Below are positions 52,165 to 64,000 of a stretch of DNA of 64,000 bases, in pieces. Positions within the stretch are counted from its first letter, which is position 1. Each line of letters opens with the position of its first letter. Below the pieces are notes generated by a model. It saw only the letters and a program-made list of their open reading frames with translations. It was not told the DNA's origin and did no database searches. The DNA is from Heterodontus francisci (taxonomy: Eukaryota): NCBI RefSeq assembly GCF_036365525.1, contig NC_090404.1, positions 12,304,550-12,368,549 of the forward strand, written 5' to 3'. A program made the translations under genes and the position numbers.

Positions 52165-52450
52165 TTTTTTTGCATGGGGTCCGCTGTATCTCTGCAGCAG
52201 TGTAGGCTCCATGGCACAGAAATACACGGCGATGTCGCAGATCAGAACATTGATGATCGATCGGTCAGTGAAGCCGGGGTTCCGGTTTACTATACCTGCA
52301 ATAAAATAAAACTGGTACTGAGAAGGCTGCTGGGGGTACCGAGTGCAACAGTACACTCTCGGGCTAAGATCGCTTGTTTTCAAGGTACAGTTTAGTGTGA
52401 CATTGCTTTCTTCTACCGTCTATTTAGGAACCGGGAATAAATTACTTTAC
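52165..52450 (-). pseudogene. Inverted TCR V pseudogene with degenerate RSS
   Basis: Minus strand PK*TVEESNVTLNCTLKTSDLSPRVYCCTRYPQQPSQYQFYFIAGIVNRNPGFTDRSIINVLICDIAVYFCAME. Stop at 52420-52422, conserved Trp replaced by Cys, Cys-Cys distance 57 versus 72 in V gene 1. RSS is TACACTG, 24 nt, GCAAAAAAA. Confidence 0.8.
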
Positions 52451-53189
52451 CAGGAAGTGATGGAATGATGAGAGACCGCTCCGCATGATGTTTTCTGAAA
52501 CTGAAACTGCGGTGCAGGAAATTCTTTGTCGGAGCAGAAATACAGATCCCCGCCCGATCCAAGCAGTGACAAGTATGGACCAGTGGCAAAAATCTCTCGA
52601 ATAACACATTTGGGTCAGAGTGCGAGCAGCAAATGGAAGCTGTGCAACGAGATACCGCAGACTCCAAATTGAGTGAAGTGTGCGGGGACACTCAGCTGCA
52701 TTCGGAACTGATGGAGCGGAAATATCGACGGTTGAATATTCAGAAGTCTGCGCCCATTCTGCACCTACTCACTGTTCAGGTGACTGGGAAAATTTGGTGT
52801 GGAAAGAGAATGACGGGACCACAATAAGAGAATCTTAGAGCAGAGTGAGACTATTCGGCATATTCTCTGTATACCTCTTTGAAAGAGCTTTCCAATTCAT
52901 CCTTCACTTTCCATCTTTTCGCATTGCCCTGCATTATTTAACATTTTCAAGTATATGTAAAATTCCCTTTCGAAAGTTACTATTAAATCTGCTTCCACTA
53001 ACCTTTCAAGCAATGCATTCCAAATCTTAACAAATCGCTGTGTATTAAATAAAACTTAATTTTCCCTGTCCTTTTTTAAACCATTATTTTAAATCTGAGT
53101 CCTTGGGTTAAACAGTTACATGCATTCTATTCTATACTGATATGTGGAGAACAGTCCAAACTTTTCTCGTTTCTCCACATAAAAGTTCA

Positions 53190-54150
53190 TCGTTTATTTA
53201 TTCTTTCATCGGATATGGGCATCGCTGGCGAGGTCAGCATTTATTGTCATCCCTAACTGCCCTTGAGAAGGTGGTGGTGAGCTGCCTTGTTAAAACGCTA
53301 TGTGGACTAGGTGCACAAACATTGTTGTTAGGAAAGGAGTTCCAAGATTTTGACCTAGGGACAGTGAGAAAACGGCGATATAGTTCCAAATCAGGATGGT
53401 GTGTGGCTTGGAGTGGAACGTGAAGGTGACGGTGTTCCCATGCATCTGCTGCCCTTATCCTGCTAGGTGGAAGAAATCGCTGGTTTGCAAGGTGCTGTGG
53501 AAGGAGCTTTCAGTTGGCTGTAGTGCATCTTCTTTTTTGTACACACTTCTGACGTAGTGCGTCGGTGGTGAAGGGAGTGAACGTTGAAGGTTGTGGATGA
53601 GATGCCAATCAAACGGGCTGCATGCCCTGGATGGTGTCGAACTTCTTGAGTGTTGTTGGAACTGCACCCATGTAGGCAAGTGGAGAGTATTCCATCATAC
53701 GCCTGACTTGTGCCTTGTACATATTGGACAGGCTTTGGAAAAAGAGGAGATGAGTTACTGGCCGCAGAATTCCAAGCCCGTGACCTGCTCTTGTAACCAT
53801 AGTATTTATATGGCTGCTCCAATCAGTTTTTGGTCAATGGTAACCTCCAGGATGTTGATAATGGGGGATTCAGCGATCGTAATGCCATTGAACATCAAGC
53901 AGAGATGGTTCGATTCTCTCTTGTTTGAGATGACCATTGCCTGGCACTTATGTGGCGCGAATGTTACTTGCCACGTATCAGCCCAACGCTGGATGTTGGC
54001 CAGGTCTTGCTGCATCAGGACACGGGCGTCTTCAGTGTCTGAGGAGTCGCGAATGGTGCTGAACATTGTGCAATCATCAGTGAACATAATACCTTCTGAC
54101 GTCATGATGGAGGGAAGGTAATTGATGAAGCAGGAGAAGATGGTTGCCCC
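53190..54150 (-). mobile_element. Family B LINE 3' fragment
   Basis: MFTDDCTMF, WQVTFAPHKCQAM, YKAQVR. Confidence 0.88.
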
Positions 54151-55139
54151 AGCAGATTCTTCCAAGTTCGTTATACCACAATTCTATACATAGTAACGTT
54201 TCCTCTACACTGGCTCATCAACTTCGTCCATCTCACCTACCGCACCAATTAGATACAGGATAAATGTATATAGAGGTTGTCCATCAAACCCACCACTCTT
54301 ATGAAGAACAAGTTACGTGCACAATGAAAAAAATCTCCCACTACACTATCCCTTCAAACATTACCAGCGGAGGTACAACACGAGTTATATGCAGAGTAAA
54401 ACATCCTTTATGCTAGTCGAACAAACACCCAGGTACACCATGGGTTACAGTTATGCTGCCTGCATGTTACACCATCAAGCACTCCAAGGGCAGGTACAGC
54501 AGGGGTTAGATACAGAGTAAATCCCCACACAACTAAATCATCAAAATAACTTTTAGGTTCCATCATATCAGAACAGGCAATGTTTTCTGGATCGTTACCG
54601 TCACTTTCTAAACTGATTTGGATGTGAGCTGAGGATCAGATCAATCTCGTTCAATAACTATATGATATTCAAAATGTTGAACCTTCATCAAAAACGGGGA
54701 TTTTTTAGAAAGAAGTTTAATCTCAATTTATGAGCTGCTGTTTCATCGAGGCAATGGATTAATGCGCTAGAATATGCTTCCGTTTATCTTAAACTAGGAC
54801 CCATCTCAGCCCTACTACACTTGATAATGTCCCAATTTAGATTACACCACGCCATGTCTCAATAAATGCCGCGCTCGGCCATGTCCCATTTTATATTACA
54901 CCAGGCCTTGTCTCAGAATTGCAAGAGTCTATGTATTTGTTTATATTTCATAGAGGACCTGCCTCAGCCATAATACAACAGACAAGATTTCGGATTATAT
55001 TACATTGGATCCTGTCTCAGTTACTGTTGCACTAGGCCATCCCTCTTTTTATATTTAATTCGGTCCTGTCTCAGACAATCCCTCTGTTTATTTTACACAA
55101 ACTCTCTCCCAGTTAATTTTGTACCAGGCCATGCCTCAC

Positions 55140-55715
55140 TTTAACAATAAAAACAAGAAATGCTGGAACCACTCAGCAGGTCTGACAGCATCTGTGGAAA
55201 GAGAAGCAGAGTTAACGTTTCGGGTCAGTGACCCTTCTTCGGAACTGACAAATATTAAAAATGTCACAGGTTATAAGCAAGTGAGGTGGGGGTGGGGCAA
55301 GAGATTAGAAAGGAGAAGGTGTAGATTGGACAAGGCCACATAGCTGACCAAAAGGTCATGGAGCAAAGGCAAACAATATGTTAATGGTATGTTGAAAGAC
55401 AAAGCATGAGTACAAAAAAGGTGTTAACGGACTGAATATTGAACAGCAACAAGTACAAACATGAAAAAAACAGTGCGTAAGCAAACTGAACAAACTAGGA
55501 TGAAATGAAATAAATGCAAAGAAAGGTTGTAAAAAATGTAAAAAAGAAAAAAGAAAAAAGAAAAAACAACTAAAAATGAAAGTGAAATGGGGGGCTGTCA
55601 TGCTCTGAAATTATTGAACTCAATGTTCAAGATGAGATGCTGTTCCTCGAGCTTGCGTTGATGTTCACTGGAACACTGCAGCAATCCCAGGACAGAGATG
55701 TGAGCATGAGAGCCT
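55140..55715 (-). mobile_element. Penelope-like terminal fragment
   Basis: AGAAATGCTGG...CTCAGCAGGTCTG...GCATCTGTGGA end shared with 44970-45070. Confidence 0.65.
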
Positions 55716-56297
55716 CATTTTACATTGCACTAGCCCCTATCTCAGTAGTGACTGCACAAGGCCATTATTCTGCTGGATGCATAGATGCATATTAATATAA
55801 ATAAAGACATATGTTTCCGCAGAGCAGGATACAATCATTTTTGATAGAGGCAGACATTTAATCTTGTTAGTATCATTCCGCAGTTGATTATTTCTAATTG
55901 TTCTGGTATTATATGGATAATATTTGTGTTGAAAGATTGGGGTGAATCTTTTATCAGTCTCCCAGAGATGAACTGGGATTGAGGGACAGAGAAAAGGTGA
56001 GCAATAGTGCACTGCACATACACTACACAGTGGCAAACGCTGTTGTACTAAAGTTTACGAATGCACCCTTGTGTTGTACTGTGCCCATTGCTCACAGTTT
56101 TGTTTACATGTTAAGAATTGGTTTTCCTGCAGGGCTTTCTATTTAGCTATCCCAGACCTACTGAGTGTGTTAAAGAGAGCTTGGAACCGTGACCTCACAG
56201 CACTGTCATATGGGCTGCCTCAGGGTTTTAATGTCCACTTTTTAAAAAACTATCATCTGCTTGAGAGCAACAACTGAAAATAATACACACAACCTGT

Positions 56298-56347
56298 ATT
56301 GTGTGTGTGTATTTGTGTGTATGTGTGTGTGTGTGTGTGTGTGTGTA
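56298..56347. repeat. (TG)n microsatellite
   Basis: Interrupted dinucleotide run. Confidence 0.9.
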
Positions 56348-56792
56348 TACAAAACATTATTCTTAACCTAATACAGGTTCTGGGGTAACGTAAGAAGTAA
56401 CTGAGGCTGTAATATAAACAGTCATGATCTAGTGCTTTGTAACTGAAAGAGGGCCCGGTTGATATCATGAACCAATGCGCTGTCCTTGTCACACCTGTAC
56501 TGTTGAGGTGGACAATTAAAACTCCTGTCTCCCCCATACTCTGCCATTGTCAACATTCCTCCCCTCAACCAAGATCATCAAAATTCCTTTAACAGGAATT
56601 TAGCCACTTTGCACATTTGCTGATGTTTCTGTGAGCAAATCAACAGCGTTCATCTGCAAATAGCTGCAGTTTAAATTCTTTGGGACATCCTGGAGTAGGT
56701 AATGAGCTGGAACACGAATGAAAGTTGTTTCTTCATACATTAATACCAGAAATATCAGAAACAGTAACTGACATTAACATTTTCACAATTGG

Positions 56793-56824
56793 CGCAATGG
56801 CAAGCATTGGTCACCAGGTGGCAG
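56793..56824 (+). promoter_or_regulatory. Extended CTCF-like site
   Basis: CGCAATGGC, 6 nt, TGGTCACCAGGTGGCAG. Confidence 0.6.
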
Positions 56825-57094
56825 TGAAAATCTGAATGTTTACGTTGCACGAAACAGACACTGCCGCAATTATTACTGCATTACAGAATATCTCTCTTCA
56901 TATTACAGTAGGCCCTGTCTCAGGTATTATTGCACTAGACAACGTCTCTGCTTATACTACAGTGGGTCCTGTCTCAGTTATTACTGCACTCGTACATGTC
57001 TCTTTTTGGAACGCTAGGCCCCATCTCTGTCATTACTGCACGAGAACATGCCTCTGTTTATAATACACTGGGCCCTGTCTCAATTATTACTTTC

Positions 57095-59300
57095 TCCTCA
57101 TTCGCTGATGTGGATGTTGCTAGCAAGACGAGCATTTATTGCCTACATCTAATTTCCCTTGAAAATGTGGTGGTGAGTTACCTTGAGCAGCTGTAGCCCA
57201 TATGGGCTATGTACAATCACGGTGCTAGTAGGTAGACAGTTCCAAGAATTTCACCCAGCGACAGTGAAGGAACGGTGATGTATCTCCAAGTTAGGATGGT
57301 GTGTGACTTGGAGGAGAACATGAAGGTGGTAATGTTCCCATCCATCTGCTGCCCTTGTTCCTCCAGGTGATGGAGGTCATGATTTTGGAAGATGCTGTCG
57401 AAGGAAGCTTGGTGAGTTGCTGCAGTGCATCTTATAGATGGTACACAATGCAGTCACTGTGCACCATTGTTGGAGTAAGTAAATCTTTAAGTTGATAGAC
57501 GGGGTGCCAATCAAGCGGGTTGCTTTGTCCTGCATGATGTCAAGCTCCTTGAGTGTTGTTGGAGCCGCAGTCATTCAGGCAAGTGCAGAGTATTCCATCG
57601 CACGCCTGACTTGTGCAGATGGGGGACAGGCTTTGGGGAGTCAGGAGGTGAGATATTCGCCACATAATTTCCAATCTCTGGCCTGCTCATGTAGCCACAG
57701 TATTTATGTTTCCGGTCCAGTTAATCTTTGGGGTAATTGTGATCTTCACCATGTTGATGGTGGGGGATTTGAGTGAATTTAAGGCCGTCAGATGTCAATA
57801 TCGGGGGAAGTTGGTTAGACGCCCGTTGTTGAGATGGTCATTGCCTGGCATTTGTGTGGCGCAAATTTTACTTGCCACTTATCAGCCCAAGCCTGATTGT
57901 AGTCTAGGCCTTTCTGCATGCCGGCTTGGACTGCTTCAGTATCTGAGGAGTTAGAATGGAACTGAACACTGCAATCATCGGCTAACATCCCCACTTCTGA
58001 CCTTATGATAGAGGGAAGGTCATTGACGAAGCAGCTGAAGATGGTTAGGCTTAGGACACTACCCTGAGGAACTCCTGCAGTGATGTCCTGGAACTGAGAT
58101 ATTTGGCCTTCAGCAGCCACAACGATTGTGCCAGGTATGACTACAACCAATGGCGTGATTTCAACTTATTCCCATTGACTTCAATTTTGTTCGGGCTCTT
58201 TGATGTCACAGTCGGTCAAATGCAGGCTTGACGTGAAGGGCTGTATTTCTCACCTCACCTCTTGTATTCAGCTCTTTTGTCCATGTTTGTACAAAGGATG
58301 CAGTGATGTCTGGAGTTCAATGGTTCTGGCGGAAAGCAGGGTGAGCATTTCTGATCAGATTATAGCTGAGTAAGTGCCGCTTGCTAGCACTGTCAACAAC
58401 ACCTACCATCACTTTGTTGATGATTGAGAGTAGAGTGATAGAGCAGTAACTGGTCGGATTGGATTTGTCATGCTCTTTGTGAAGAGGCCATACCTCGGCA
58501 ATCTTCCATGTTGTCGGGTAAATGGCCATTTTGGAACTCTACTGGAACAGCTTTTCCAGGGGTGCAACTAATTCTGTAATAATCCAGCACGTCATCCAGG
58601 ATATTGTCATGGTCCATAGCATTTTTTGTATTAAGCTCAGCCGTTTCTCGACATCACGAGGAGTGAATCGAAATAGCTGAAGCCTAGTTTCTCTGATGAT
58701 GGGAACATCGGGAGGAAGCCGAGATGGATCATCCACTCGGCCCTTCTGGCTGAAGTTTGTTGCAAATGCTTCAGCCTTGTCTTTAGAACTCACCTGCTGG
58801 GTTCCATCATCATTGACGATGGGAATGTTCACGGAGCCTCCTTCTTCCTTTAGTTGTGTAATTGTCCACCATTATTCGCGACTGGATAGGACAGGACTGC
58901 AGAGTTTTGATCCAAACAATTGCATGTGTGATCACTTAGTTTAGTCTATAGTATCCTGGTTCCACAGTTTAGCCTGTATGTAGTCCTGTGTTGTAGTTTC
59001 ACTGGGTTGACCTCTCATCTTTAGATCACCTGATGCCGCTTCTAGCATGCTCTCCGACATCGACATTCCCAATTGGACTAAGCTTGGTCCCCTGGCTCGA
59101 TGGTTATGATAGAGTCAGGGATATGCGGGGCCACAAGGCTAGAGATTGTAATGGAATACAATTCTGCTGCTGCAGATGGCCCGCAGTTCTTCACTGAAAA
59201 CAAGTTGATTTGCTAAATCTGTTCTGAATATATCATATTTAGTAAGGTGGTAGTGGATGCAACATGATGGACGGTGTCCTCAGTGTGGCGACAGCACCTC
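57095..59300 (-). mobile_element. Family B LINE, about 2.2 kb decayed copy
   Basis: GVPQGSVL, MLADDC, SKDKAEAFATNFSQK. Confidence 0.88.
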
Positions 59301-59379
59301 ATCTCCATGACTGCTCATTTACGTGCTGGCACTCGGTGATAGCTTCTGAAAACACAACATCAGGTTCTCCATGTACCAT

Positions 59380-59830
59380 GATGACACCCAGCTCACCTGA
59401 CAATCAGCTTTCTCCACCACTGCCTTTAATCTGTCACGCTGATTGTCCAACTTCCAGCCCTGCATGAGCTGGAATTTCCTGCAACTAAGTATTTGGAAGA
59501 CTGAAGCTATTGTTTTTGGTTTCTATAACAAACTATATTCCCTGGCCCTTGAATCCATCCTCCTCTTGGTCTTCCTCTGAGGCCGAACCTGACCGGTCAT
59601 GCCATTGAAATCCTAAATGACGCTGGGATGAACTTCTGACCTCTTAGCGACTCCATGATCAAGATCACCTCCTTCAACCTCCATAACACCGCCCGTCTCC
59701 ACCAGTGTTTCAGCACACCTGATGCTGAAACCCACATCAATATCTTTGATATCTCTTGACTTGTTTACTTCAATACTGTCCTGTTTGTCCTCCCATCTTC
59801 CACCCTCCATAAACATGAGCTCATCCAACA
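59380..59830 (+). mobile_element. L2-like LINE fragment
   Basis: Remnant resembling the L2 C-terminus (AAGACTGAAGCTATTG...TTCAACCTCCATAACACCGCCCGTCTCC...GATGCTGAAACC). Confidence 0.5.
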
Positions 59831-59849
59831 CTCATATGTAGCCCCATGT

Positions 59850-60220
59850 TGGTATGGTGATAATGTCAGTGGGCTAGTAAGCAACATTCCGAGACAAATG
59901 CCCTGGCGGTATGGATTCAAATCCCACCACAACAGCTGATGCAATTTAAATTCAATTAATTAAAAATTGCATTGAAAGCCACTCAGTAGTAGTACCATGA
60001 AAATATAAAAAAGAGATATGTCGTTCACTGATGCCCTTAAGGAAAGGAAATATGCTCTCCTTATCCTATTTGGCTTACATGTGACTCCAGAGCTACAGCA
60101 ACGTGATTGACTCGAAACTGCCTTCTGATATTGCCTAGCAAGACACTAAGTCTAAGGGAAATTAAGGATGGACAACAATGGTTGGCCTGCCAGTGGCGCT
60201 CACACCCCATGAAAAAAAAT
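59850..60220 (+). mobile_element. SINE with tRNA-like head and a 3' tail shared with family B LINE
   Basis: B-box-like GATTCAAATCC; tail AAGGGAAATTAAGGATGG...GCCAGTGGCGCTCACACCCCATGAAAAAAA. Confidence 0.6.
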
Positions 60221-60811
60221 AAACAAACAACTGTGTCCTGTTTGACCATCACCCATGTGTTCACTAACCTTGTATGCTTTAATATCAATGGGAACATGGT
60301 CCAGTTTACTATAAATAGTGAGAGTGGCTGGTTCAAATTAGCTGAGTCAGAACATCGTGTAATAGAAATAGAGGCATTGTGTAATCAATTTTGAAATGAT
60401 ACAGAGTCTAGTGTGCTGTAAATAGAGAGAAGGCCCTGTTTAATATGAGGAGGCACATGGCCGAATGCACCAGAAATTCAACAGGGCTGAGATGATATTA
60501 TGAACCATTAATCCCTCCTCCACCTCTTTTCTGTTGATGTGGATATTGAAGCTCCCATAGCCCAAATAGTGTGTCCTGAGCAACATTCTTCGCTTCAACC
60601 AAGATCTACAAAATTACATGAACAGGAATTGAGCCACTTTGCTCCATTGCTGTTGTTTCTGTCTACAAATTGGCCTCCTTAATCTGGAAATATATGCACT
60701 TTAAATCCTTTGGGACCTCCCACAGAAGGTGATCTGCTGGTACATCAGAACAATTTGTATCTTGACATTAGTATCAGAAATAGCATCTGACATCAACATT
60801 TTCACAGTAGC

Positions 60812-60843
60812 TGCAATGGCAATGTTTGTACAGCAGATGGCAG
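60812..60843 (+). promoter_or_regulatory. Extended CTCF-like site
   Basis: TGCAATGGC, 6 nt, TGTACAGCAGATGGCAG. Confidence 0.55.
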
Positions 60844-61269
60844 TAAAACATGGTTTGTACACATAACACGAAACAGACAGTGCCTCAGTTGTTGCTACAC
60901 TAGACCATGTCACTGTTTATATTAACTTAGGCACTGTCTCAGTTATTATTGCACTCGATCATGTCACTGTTTATATTACTCTAGGCACTGTCTCAGTTAT
61001 TGCCGCACTGGGTCACATCTCTTGTTTATATTACACTAGTATGTCTCGCTAATAACTGCACTAGACCTTGTTGCTACTTACATTACAATGGACCTTGTGT
61101 CAGTTATGACTGCACGTTACCCAGTCTCTGTTTAAATTACACTAGGCACTGTCTCAGATATTACTGCACAAAACCATATCTCTGCTTATATTACACTAGG
61201 CACTGTCTCACTTACTACTGCACTGGACGTTGTCTCTGTATATATTACACTAGACCCTGTCTCAGTTAT

Positions 61270-62560
61270 CACTTCTTTCCATTCACGTGATGTGAGCATC
61301 ACTGGAAAGGTACATATTTACTGCCTATCACTAATGGCCCTTGAGAAGGTGGTGGTGAGCCGCCTTCTTGAACTGCTGAATTCCTTGTGATGTAGGTGCA
61401 CACACAGTGCTGTTAGGGAGGGAGTCCCAGGATTTTGACTCAGCAAAAGTGAAGGAACGGTGATATAGTTACAAGTCAGGATGATGATGACTTGGAGTAG
61501 AAATTGCAGGTGGTGGTGTTTGCGGATTTGGAAGGGTGCTAACGAAAGAGCCTTGACGCGATGCTGCAGTGCATCTTGTAGATGGTACACATAGCTGCCA
61601 TTATGGTGGAGGGAGTGAATGTTTAAGATGAGGTGCCAGGAAAGAGGGCTGGCTTGTCTTGGATGGTGCCGAACTTCTTGAATGTTGTTGGAGCTGTATT
61701 CACTCGGCAGGTGGCGATAATCCGATCCCACTGCTGACTTGTGCTTTGCAAATGGTTGTCCGGCTTTGTGGAGCCAGGAGGTGAATTACTCTCCACAAAA
61801 CCCCTAGCCTCTGACCTGGTCTTGTAGCTACAGCTGGTCCATTTCAGTTTCTGGTCAATGGTAACCCTCAGAATATTGATGGTGGTGGATTTGGTGATCG
61901 TAATGTGGCTGAATATCAAGAGAGATGTTCAGATTCTCTCTTTTGGCGATGGCTATTGGCTGGCACTTGTGTGACACGAAAGATAAGTGCCAGTTATCCA
62001 CCCAAGACTGAATTTTGTCCAGATATTGCTGTATGCACGCTCGGACTGCTTCATTTTCTGAGGATTTACGAATGGAACTGAACCCTGTGGAATTTTATTT
62101 GAACATCCCCACGTCTGACCCTGTGATGGAGGGACTGTCATTGATTAAGCAGCTCCATAACTTGCCGCCCCCTCGCCAAGCTGCTCCAGTACAGCTACAA
62201 CACTAGCATCTACCCAGCAATGTGGAAAATTGTCAAGGTATGTCCTGTCTACAAATAACAGGACAAGTCGAACCCGGCCCCATCAGTCTACTCTCAATCG
62301 TCAGTCAAGTGATGGAAGGTGTCGTCAACAGTGCTATCAAGCGGCACTTGCTTAGCAATAACCTGCTCAGTGACGCGTAGATTGGGTTCCGCCAGGGTCA
62401 CTCAGCTCCTGATTTCATTTCAGCCTTGGTTCAAACATGGACAAAAGAACTGAAGTCAAGAGTGAGGTGGGAGTGACCGCCTTTGACTTCAAGGCCACAT
62501 TTGACCCAGTATGGCATCAACTGCAGCCAGTAGGAATCAGGGGGAAAACTCTCCGTAGGA
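61270..62560. mobile_element. Two family B LINE fragments head-to-head (- 61270-62150, + 62170-62560)
   Basis: Similarity to 9300-10250 on the minus strand and to 8770-9180 on the plus strand. Confidence 0.8.
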
Positions 62561-62889
62561 ATAACTGAGACAAGGACCAGTCTAATATAAAGAGAGGTAG
62601 AGTCTGGTACAGTCATAACTGAGACAGGACCTATTGTAACATAAACAGAGACATGGACTAGTGCAGTAATAACAGAGACAGGGCCGAGTTATCTGTTTTA
62701 TGCCTGCCTTCCCCACCAAGCACCAACACACCCCCACCTCCCATCCCCCCCCCACAATACCACCCCACCCCGCCCCTTAAATAGAGTGATTATATTTGCT
62801 AATTTCCAGTGTGATCGAACCTCTCCAGAATCTAGCCAAGTTTACAAAAACTAAAACCAACGCATTTACTACCTCATTAGCCACCTTTT

Positions 62890-63900
62890 TTAAGACCCTA
62901 AATTGAGAGTCCTACATAAGAGACTAGCGTGTAAAATTAAAGCGCATGGGATGGGGGGTAGTGTATTGTGATGGATAGAAAATTGGTTAGCAGACAGGAA
63001 ACAAAGAGTAGGGATAAATGGGCCTTTTTCCCAATGGCAGGCTGGTGGGCTAACACAGAGATCGGTGCTAGGACCCCAACTGCTCAGCATAAAAATTAAT
63101 GATTTAGATGAGGGAACTAAATGTAAGATCTCCAAATTTGTACATGACACAAAACTGGGTGGGAGGGTGAGTTGTGAGGAGGATGCAGAGAGGTTTCAGG
63201 GTGATTTGGACAAGTTGAGTGAGTGGGAAAATGCATGGCAGATGCAGTATAATGTGGATAAATGTGAGGTTATCCACTTTGATAGCAAAAACAGGAAGGC
63301 AGATTATTATCTGAACGGCTATAAACTGAGAGAGGGGAATGTGCAGCGAGACCTGGGTGTTCTCGTACACCAGTCGCTGAATGTAAGCAAGCTGGTGCAA
63401 CAGGTGGTAAAAAAGGCAAACGGTATGTTGGCCTTCATAGCGAGAGGATTCGAGTACAGGACCAGGGATGTCTTGCTGCATTTATACAGGGCCTTGGTAA
63501 GGCCACACCTGGAATACTGTGTGCAGTTCTGGTCTCCTTATCTGAGGAAGGATGTTATTGCTATCGAGGGAGTGCAGCGAAGGTTTACCAGACTGATTCC
63601 TGGGATTTTGGGACTTACCTATGAGGAGAGATTGAGTTGGTTAGGATTATATTCACTGAAGTGCTGAAGAGTGAGGGGGGGGCGGGGGATCTCATAGAAA
63701 CATATAAAATTCTAACAAGACTTGACAGGGTAGATGCAGGAAGGATGTTGCCGATGGTGGGGAAGTCCAGAACCAGGGATCATAGTCTAAGGAACGGGGT
63801 AAACCTTTCAGGACTGAGATGAGGAGAAATTTCGTCATCCAGATAGTGGTGAGCCTGTGGAATTCGCTACTATAGAAAGCAGTTGAGGCCAAAACAGTGT
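62890..63900 (+). mobile_element. CR1-like LINE fragment (family A)
   Basis: ISKFVHDTKLGG, WQMQYNVDKCEVIHF, LYRALVRPHLEYCVQFWSP. Confidence 0.92.
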
Positions 63901-64000
63901 GGAGCCCCAGCCAAACTGTAGACAATGGGAATCAAGATTAAAACTCTCCACTGGTTGGAGTCATACCTCGCACAAAGGAAGATGCTTTTGGTTGTTGGAG

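Noticed and set aside
61270-62560. Twin-priming 5' inversion of a single LINE
   Set aside because: The flanking minisatellites are in opposite orientations, and the + fragment appears to resume at about 63925, so two separate copies are more likely.

Overview
Repeat-rich genomic DNA from a cartilaginous fish (shark; the Ig exons read much like horn-shark-type IgM as I recall it, unverified). It is an antigen-receptor region with two parts. (1) About 11.2-26.8 kb (+): one IgM heavy-chain mini-cluster (leader, VH with 23-RSS, a D-J segment that appears germline-joined behind a 12-RSS, Cmu1-Cmu4, secretory tail, TM1). It is a pseudogene: stop plus frameshift in VH, no recognisable D1, stop in Cmu1, and a dead TM1 donor. 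(2) About 41-52.5 kb: T-cell receptor alpha/delta-type V segments in alternating orientation, two intact on + and two decayed paralogs on -. Three same-orientation extended CTCF-like sites lie at about 49.0, 56.8 and 60.8 kb. The rest is mostly decayed CR1/L2-clade LINEs, Penelope-like fragments, Deu-SINEs, a V-SINE, a hAT-like non-autonomous element and minisatellites. Most ORFs in the supplied track are LINE fragments or spurious. The main point of interest is a decayed IgM cluster with a pre-joined 12-RSS DJH only about 14 kb from TCR V genes with 12/23-compatible signals.
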